From assembly GCA_004431415.1 (NCBI GenBank), contig QPMI01000539.1:1-52072 (forward strand): a stretch of DNA of 52,072 bases, written 5' to 3'. Under the pieces are notes generated by a model, which saw only the letters and a list, made by a program, of their open reading frames with translations, searched no databases and was not told the origin of the DNA. The stretch comes from Cyanophora paradoxa CCMP329 (Eukaryota > Plantae > Glaucophyta). Every line of letters starts with the position of its first letter. Position 1 is the first letter of the stretch. Shown in pieces: positions 45,460 to 52,072 of the stretch. Position numbers and translations under genes: made by a program.

Positions 45460-48400
45460 TTATGCGTTCAGCAGATGCCCTGCCGGTACAGGAGCCTGCG
45501 GCGACGGCGGGGGAGGCGGCGGCGGCGGGGCGGGGCTGGGCTTGAACCGCTTCGGCGCCCCCCCGCTCGAGGGCTCGACGCGGGCGACGGGGCGGAGGAT
45601 GCCGTCGGGCGGGCGCGCCGTGGGCGGCGCCGGTGCGCAGAGGAGGGCCGGAGGGCAGGGATGCGGGGGGCGCGGCGTGTCGGGTCGTGCGCGCCCGTCC
45701 ATCCCTCGCCGCTCCCCTGCCACGAGCCGTCGCCGACCCCGCTCCCATTTGCAGGATCGGAGCGCAGAGGGCCGGGGGGCGCCGCCCCTCAGCCAGGGGG
45801 CCGCGCCTTGGGCGGCCTCCCGCGCCGCCTCGCGGGCGGGGCGCCCCGCCCGCCGCCGCCGCCCCGCCGCGCGACGACGAGGAGGAAGAGGCCGGCGGCG
45901 GCGAGGACGCCGGCCGCGCAAAGCCCAGGAGCTCCAGCACCCGCTCGGCGCCGGTTCGGATCTCGACGGTGCCGTTGCGGCCCTCGTACTCGACTGGGAA
46001 GAGGGCGCTCACGCCCGTCCACTCGCGAGGTCCGCCCTCCTGGCTCGCCGTCCACGCCCGCCGAACCGCTTCAGCAGGACCAAGCGGGACTCGAACTCGC
46101 CGCTCGGCAGGTCGATCGTCTGGACGAGGCGCGCGTACACCACGTTGGGCAGCGGGCTCGCCGCGTGCGTCGCCAGCGCCGCCACCACCTGCCCCGCCGC
46201 GTACGGCGAGGCCGACCGCCAGCGCAGGTGGTAGAGGGGCGGCGGCGGCCCGCCGCGGGCGCGGCGACGGGGGCGGGAACGGCGCCGCCGCGGCCCGGCC
46301 CGGGGCCCCGCCGGCGGCTGAGGCCACGCCGGTGGCCGCCGCGGATGAGCCCTCGGGAACAGTAGCTCGCGTGGTGCTTGGCCCCGGCCGCGTTCTTGAA
46401 CGCCTCGCGGTGCGTCGGGGGCGGTAAAGGCGGGAGGGCGCGGGGCGCGGGGCGGGCGCGGTCTCACCCGGTCGCAGGGCTCGCAGTAGCGCTGCTCGGC
46501 GATCGCCAGCGCCCGCTCGACGGCATAGTCGGCGTCCCAGGGCCGTCGAGGGCCCCCCGCGCTGCCGGTCCGGCGCCGCTTGGCCTCTTCCGCGCCGGCC
46601 GAGCCGCCCCCGTCCCCCTCGTCCTCTTCCTCTTCCTCCTCCTCCTCTTCCTCTTCCTCTTCGCCAAGTCGAACGAGCTGGAGCTCCCGCCCTTGCCCGC
46701 CGGCTCCGGGCTCGTCGGCGGCGTCTGCGTCTGCGTCGCCGGCGCCGGCGCCGCCTCGCCCCCGTCCTCTTCCTCTTCCTCTTCTCGCGCCCCTCGTTCT
46801 CCTCCCTCGCCGCCTTGTCGCCGCGGCGCCCGCCGCCCGTCCCCGCCCTTGTTCCGCCCACCTCCTCGGCGCGCCGCGCGGGGCGCCGCCGGGCGGGGCG
46901 CGGGTCGGCCGTCGGCCCTCCAGGAGCGGCGGATCGAGCCCGTCGGGCTCTCCCGCGCGCGGCGCCTCTCTCCCCGTGCTTCAGCGCCAGCTGCTCGAGG
47001 TACGCCACCGCCGAGGCCGCCGCGCGCGCGCGGGCCGAGTAGTCGTAATTCTGCGTCGCAGTGATGACGCTGTGCCCCAGCAGCTTGGCTGCGCGGGGAG
47101 TCGCGGTGACGGCGGGCGCAGCGGCGGGGCGCGGGAGCGGGGTACGGCGCACCCGTCCCCTCGACGACGGCGGCGGCGGTGTCGCCGGAGATGCGGTTCG
47201 CGGCGGCCTCGTCCCGCACGTGCGTCGTGATGATGGCGCGGATGGCCTGCGCCGTCACCGGCACGCCCGTGTACTTTTCCGTCACCTGCGGTGCGTGAGT
47301 TTCTCCCCCTTCAGCCCGCCCGCCCCGCGCGCCTTTTTCACAAAGTTGCTCCAGCCGGCGTCGGAGAGGAGCGTTCCCGTCGGGCCGGTGAAGAGCCATC
47401 CCTCGTCGGCGGCGCCCGTCGTCGGCGGGAAGAGGAGGCGGCGGTAGCGCTCGACGTACAAGGTGAGCGGCTCCTGGACAAAACCGGGGATCGGAAAGGT
47501 CATCGCGCCCGCAGTCTTGGCCGTCTTGGACGAGAGGACCGGCTCGGCGCCCCCGACGTCGATTCTCATCTTTGTGAGCGCGATCGCCCACGCGCCCTGG
47601 TCCCGTCGGAGCGTGTGACCGATCCTGCGCAGGGCGCGCGGTGGCCATGGGGGCGGGGCGGGAGGGGCGGCGGAGTGGGGGTACGGCACCTGAGGCGGCG
47701 GACGATGCCGACGCGCGAGGGCGTCGAGACGAGGAGGGAGAGGAGGAGCCCCTCGCGGAGGGCGAGGGCCTTGTCGTACTCGAGCGGCGCACGCTCCGCC
47801 GCCTCGAGCGCGTCCAGCCGCGCCGAGAGGAGCGTCTCGAACGGCACCCAGTTCGGTCCGCGCTCGCGCCACTTGACCCCCTCGCGCTTCTCCTTTCTCA
47901 GCTGGGCGAGCAGGTTGCGGAGGCCGCGGGCGTGGGGCCCCTCGGAGCCCGACGCCGCGCCCGACGTGCGCGCGTGGACAAAGGCGTGGGCCTGGAGCGC
48001 CGCCTGCGTGTACCCCGCCAAGGTGGCCGCCTGCACCTTGCGCTCCCGCGGAGAAACGTGAGGAATCGCATCCACAGGTCGATGAAGTCGACGCGGGCGC
48101 CGGAGAAGAGGTCGAGCGTCGGGGCGCCGTCGATCTTCTCGCGGAGGGCGCAGTACCCCAGGAAGCGCAGCAGCGTCGTCCGCTCGTTGGCCAGCGTCGA
48201 GGAGCGCTCGACGGCGGCGCCGGGGCGGTCGGGGTTGAGGGCCCGGGTACGCCACTCTTCGTACGCGGCGAGCTGCGCCTTGAGCTCCCGCGACTGATCC
48301 TCCTCGCGCAGGCCGTACGGGGCGGCGCGCTCGGCCGACGGCTCCTCGGCGGCCTCGGCGTCGGAGCCCGCGTCGCCCGGCGCCGGCAGCGGCGGCGGCG

Positions 48401-48534
48401 GCGGCGAGCTCGAGGGAGAGGACGACGGGCCGGCGCCGGGATCGCTCCCCTCGCTGCCGGAGCTCGTCGAGCTCTCCCCGAGGTCGACGGCTCGAATCCC
48501 CGCGGCGGCGCCCGGCGGAGCCTGGCGGGACGCT

Positions 48535-48565
<31 letters not shown>

Positions 48566-50261
48566 GGGGCCGCTCCTCGGCGGGGAGGACCACGCGCTCG
48601 GGGTCCGGCAGGGCGTCGGCGTCAAAGAGCGTGATCGACGGGTCGAGGATCATGCTCTCCAGCATCGACCGGTACGCCTGGCGCTTCTCCGCGATAAACT
48701 TGGCGTTGTCCTTGGCGACGGCGTCTGACATGGGGCCCCCGGGGCGGTAGAACATCAGCTCGCCGTGCGCCAGCTCGTCCGACCACGAGAAGCCCGTCGC
48801 CACCTCCAGCGTCGCGCCCTCGGCGAACCAGAGGATCCCTGCCGAGGGCCCTTAAAGGGGCGCGGCGGGGTGGGCGCCGAGGGAGAGGCGCGCACACGGC
48901 CCGCACTGGTACCCGTCCACCTGGAGCCGCCCGCCGCTCGTCTCGTCCACGTACTGGTGCGCGGGAAACGCCGCCTTGGCCGCGTAGACGAGCGACGGGT
49001 CGCAGGGCTCGCCGAGCGAGTCCCAGTACCGCGTCTTCGCCCCGCCGAGCACGAGGAGGGTCCAGTGGCCGCCGCTCGCCGAGCGCTTCTCGGCCCCGCG
49101 GCGCACGAGGCTCGTCGAGACGGGGCAGATGACGGTGCCGCCCCTCGCCACGAGCGACAGTGCGCGCCGCTTACGGCGCTCCTCGCTCGCAGCCGCGTAC
49201 CGGCGGAGGACCGAGGCGAGGATGTCGACGCTCATCGGGTAGAGGGCCCGCACGCGGCCGTTGTTGGCCTTGCGCAGGATGAGGGTGAGCACGTTGGCGA
49301 TGTGCGTGTCCGTGAGCCACTCGCGCGCGCCAAAGATCGGGACGCGGCGCGCAGGCGGGACGGGCGCGGGAACGGCGGCGGCGGCGGCGACGGGGTCGGC
49401 GCCCTCGAGGACGAGCCGCTGGCGCTTGAAGTCGGCGAGGAGGCTCGCGTCGCGCCCCGGTAGGTCCTTCAGGAACATCTCCACGCCGAGCGCGCTGATG
49501 AAGCCCCAGGTGCGGGCAAAGCCGCGCGAGGCCTCGCCCTCGACCTCGGAGCCAAGGCCGGCGTACCGCGTCAGCGTCTGCGTGACGAGGCCGAAGCGCT
49601 CGCGGCCGATGCTCAGCGTCGTCACGTTCCAGCGGTGCGGCCCGTCCCGCGCGAGGTCGGGGAGGCGCTTCTCGATCTCTCGCCGCACGCAGTTTGTGTC
49701 GCGGGAGGAGCCGTAGAGGGCGTCGGCGAGCGAGGCCATCGGCACCCAGAGCTGCAGGTCCGGAACCTCGATCCGCTTGGCGCGCAGCGCGTACATGCGC
49801 TTGCCGCCGACGCGTATGACGTGCAGGTCGAGGCGCGCGAGGGTGCGGGGCCGGCGGCGCTCGTTGGCGGCGTAGAACGAGGCGGCGGCGGCGCGCTTGC
49901 GCTGCTCGTCCGTGACCTCCCAGGCCTCGGCGACCACGTCCAGCACGTAGCGCATCGCCACCATCCGCGGCGGCGACTCGGGCGTGCACTCGCGCCGGCG
50001 GACGGCGCCCAGGGCCTCGAGCAGCAGGATGGCGTTCTCGTCGGGCAGCGGCCGCGTCGGCACTCCGTAGCGCGCGGTGAGGAGGTCCTCGGCCTCGGCC
50101 TCGGGCCGTCGGGGTCGAGGCGCGGCTCGCCGAGGACGCGCGCCAGCTGGGCCGAGCACGCGGCGGGGCCCGCCGTCGTCGGGAGGACGACGAGGCGCTC
50201 CGGCCCCAGGGCCCGCGTACTCGACGAGCTCGTAGGCGTCGTGCACCGTCGGAAAGGACAT
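45460..50261 (-). CDS. Multi-exon gene: Bro-N-like domain(s) - Ulp1/SENP cysteine protease - tyrosine recombinase - acidic linker - C2HC zinc finger - unknown C-terminus (3' end uncertain)
   Basis: Protease: WLTDTHI, GGHWTLLVL, YWDSLG, LQVDGYQCGP|W. YR: STPSRVG (R), SSKT (K), AQAIRAI (R), LLGHS (H), QNYD (Y). Predicted introns 48895-48839, 47689-47625, 47332-47286 (GC-AG), 47152-47089 and 46467-46404 each restore the frame; a 1-bp G-run loss lies near 48045. Confidence 0.8.
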
Positions 50262-50791
50262 TGCGGCGGCGCAACCGATCGCGGGCGGCCGCGTGGGACG
50301 GGCCGCGGGGCAGCGGTGTGGGCCCCGCCAACTCTAGCCCCAAGGAGCAATGGGGCGCTTGGATTTATGTATCTGCCCTGCGCGATTGCGAGCTCGAAGT
50401 AGATAGGGGTACAGTTTTCGGTGCTCTCTGCAGTAAGGGTACAGGCACCGCCCTCTCGCCCTCCCCCCCCCCCCCCCCCCCCTTTTTTTTTGGGGGGACG
50501 GTCGCAGTCGGTTCATCCTGCACGCCACGATGAACAGTGTCACAGTGCTCGAGATTTCGTACCTGTTTTGATTTCAAATTCCCATCTTGGTTTTCAGGTT
50601 TCCCTTCAAAAAAGCTTTGTGAGCTTATAATTAAGCGATCGCAGCTCTAAATGTCTATCTCGAGTCAAATACAGAATAGAGCCCCACCGTGCTGCCATCT
50701 GTATCGTCAGGGAGATCTAGAGCTCGAGGCTATAGCTATAGCTAGTGGTCTGACGAGATCTATAGAGCGAACATCAACATTGATTATATCG

Positions 50792-51250
50792 ATGAGGCTT
50801 CTGTGCTCAGACGGCGAGACGGTCGTGTGCCCGGGGGCCCTGGTCGCTGACAGCGAGCTCCTTGCCGACGTTTCCGAGTGCTCAGATGCTCACACAGACG
50901 CCATCCCCATGCCCATCACATCGACAGTCATCCTCGCGGCGGGCATCGCCCTCAACGACCGCTCGGCCTCCCGACCTTTCGCCTCGCTCCAAGTTCCGCA
51001 CGGCGGGCCCGATTCGCGAGCGGCCCCCGCAATGGCCCTCATCGCCCGCCTCGGTGTCGCCGCAGAGTTTCTTCGCGCTCCAAAGCTCGCACACGCGTGC
51101 GCAAAGCTCTTTGAGGGCGCGATTACGCACGAGAAGGCTCTCGGGGAACTCTGGGAGGATCATGTTCGATTCGCGACCGGCGCCGCCCCGCAGCGGGTTC
51201 GGAAGCGCAAGATAGAGGAGACGGTCCCCTGTAAGAATCAGAGCGATTGA
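50792..51250 (+). CDS. SKP1-like (POZ/BTB) protein, intronless
   Basis: MRLLCSDGETVVC...SELLAD...IPMP.TSTVIL and LGVAAEFL..PKLAHACAK..EGAI resemble the SKP1 POZ and dimerisation motifs; divergent. Membership in the element is unknown. Confidence 0.75.
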   Translation: MRLLCSDGETVVCPGALVADSELLADVSECSDAHTDAIPMPITSTVILAAGIALNDRSASRPFASLQVPHGGPDSRAAPAMALIARLGVAAEFLRAPKLAHACAKLFEGAITHEKALGELWEDHVRFATGAAPQRVRKRKIEETVPCKNQSD

Positions 51251-52072
51251 TCACACGCCATTACACCGCTCAGAGGCCTTTGCACGGCAGTGGGTACCGC
51301 CGGTTCCATGGGCGATGCGAGGGCGCGTCCGGGGGGAGGGGACGGGCCCCGGGCCCCCTAGGGTTATTTTTAGAATCGATCCGGGTTCCGCACCAAAATT
51401 GTTTCTGATGTCTACGAGCCCTCCCAATTGCTTGCGATGCGTTGGTGCGGGGCCCTCATTTTATTTTTCCGGTTTTTTTGCAGGGTTGGGATCTGTATTG
51501 GACCTTTTGCTTTTCTGTTTTGGAAATTTAGAGGGCCGACCGGCACCGCACCTCTTTTGCATCCGAGTGTTTCGTGCATGCACTAACTGCATTTGCGTGT
51601 TGGTGCGGCGCGAACCCAAATTATCGAGGTTGCCGCCTCCAGCCATTTCCATACATGGCCAAGTTTGGATTTTTTTTGTTGGCGCGGCAAGCTCGCTCAT
51701 GATGCAGCATTCAGAGGGGTATGCCCCGTATGTACACTCGCGCGGCGGGCTCTGTTCCTGCTCCTGTCGCGCTGGGGGCGGGCAGGTCGCCGACGGCGTC
51801 CGGCACGCTTTCACTCGTCCGTCCCGCGGATCTTTTTGCGGAGCTGCATGTCCTTGGGCTGGATTTGATGCTGCGCGCCCCGGCGGTTATGTGCCCCTGT
51901 ACGGGGCGCTACAGAGTTTTGGAGGGGTGTGAATATTAATGGGCGGCATATATACCGCTTGGCATGGATCGCGAGGAGGTTGCTCCCCTCGAACGTCTCG
52001 ATGGCGTAACTGCGTCTCGACGATCAGTTGCAGAGGCGGCGTTCTATGAACTTGCAAATTTCGCGAACTGCT

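Larger units (their letters stand above)
21715..50400. mobile_element. Large tyrosine-recombinase-encoding integrative element / endogenous virus-like element with its own replication module (boundaries approximate)
   Basis: Compact cluster of genes typical of large DNA viruses and mobile elements (AEP-UL9 primase-helicase, TFIIB-like, GIY-YIG, RING, F-box, Ulp1-YR fusion), mostly intron-poor, with shared upstream motifs and repeat arrays. True ends and att sites were not identified; no capsid or DNA polymerase gene was recognised. Confidence 0.7.

Noticed and set aside
51288-52072. Start of another transposon, or CDS 51315-51932
   Set aside because: CAGTGG start and GGGCCCCGGGCCCC are suggestive, but there is no partner TIR or TSD in the window and the translation is not protein-like.
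1-52072. rRNA, tRNA, capsid, packaging ATPase or PolB genes
   Set aside because: None recognised by eye; a highly divergent capsid cannot be excluded without profile or structure searches.

Overview
GC-rich eukaryotic DNA (short 47-78 bp spliceosomal introns, one GC-AG) that is almost entirely a large virus-/plasmid-like integrative element with no recognisable capsid gene. The most complete copy spans ~21.7-50.4 kb. It encodes a hypothetical protein, a C3HC4 RING protein, a ~2000-aa fusion of AEP primase, Zn fingers and a herpes UL9-like SF2 helicase, an F-box protein, a second hypothetical protein, a ~200-bp palindromic tandem array, a compact TFIIB-like factor and an SLX1-like GIY-YIG nuclease. 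At its right end is an intron-split gene that I reconstruct as one Bro-N-like / Ulp1(SENP)-protease / tyrosine-recombinase / C2HC-Zn-finger protein. A SKP1-like gene follows. Bases 186-21714 are a near-identical direct duplicate of 23618-35474, entered through an inverted junction at ~187. Its primase-helicase is disrupted by a 9.7-kb non-autonomous TIR transposon (7500-17210; 37-bp TIR, 7-bp TSD), itself a foldback with ~2.5-kb inverted arms, a central 348-bp satellite and a solo LTR. Cis-motifs found: a 16-bp palindrome GCACCGC-NN-GCGGTGC (6x non-coding, 3x inside the primase gene) and AACGCATAAA upstream of three genes. Most frameshifts look like 1-bp homopolymer sequencing errors. All protein calls are by-eye motif recognition; no searches were run.
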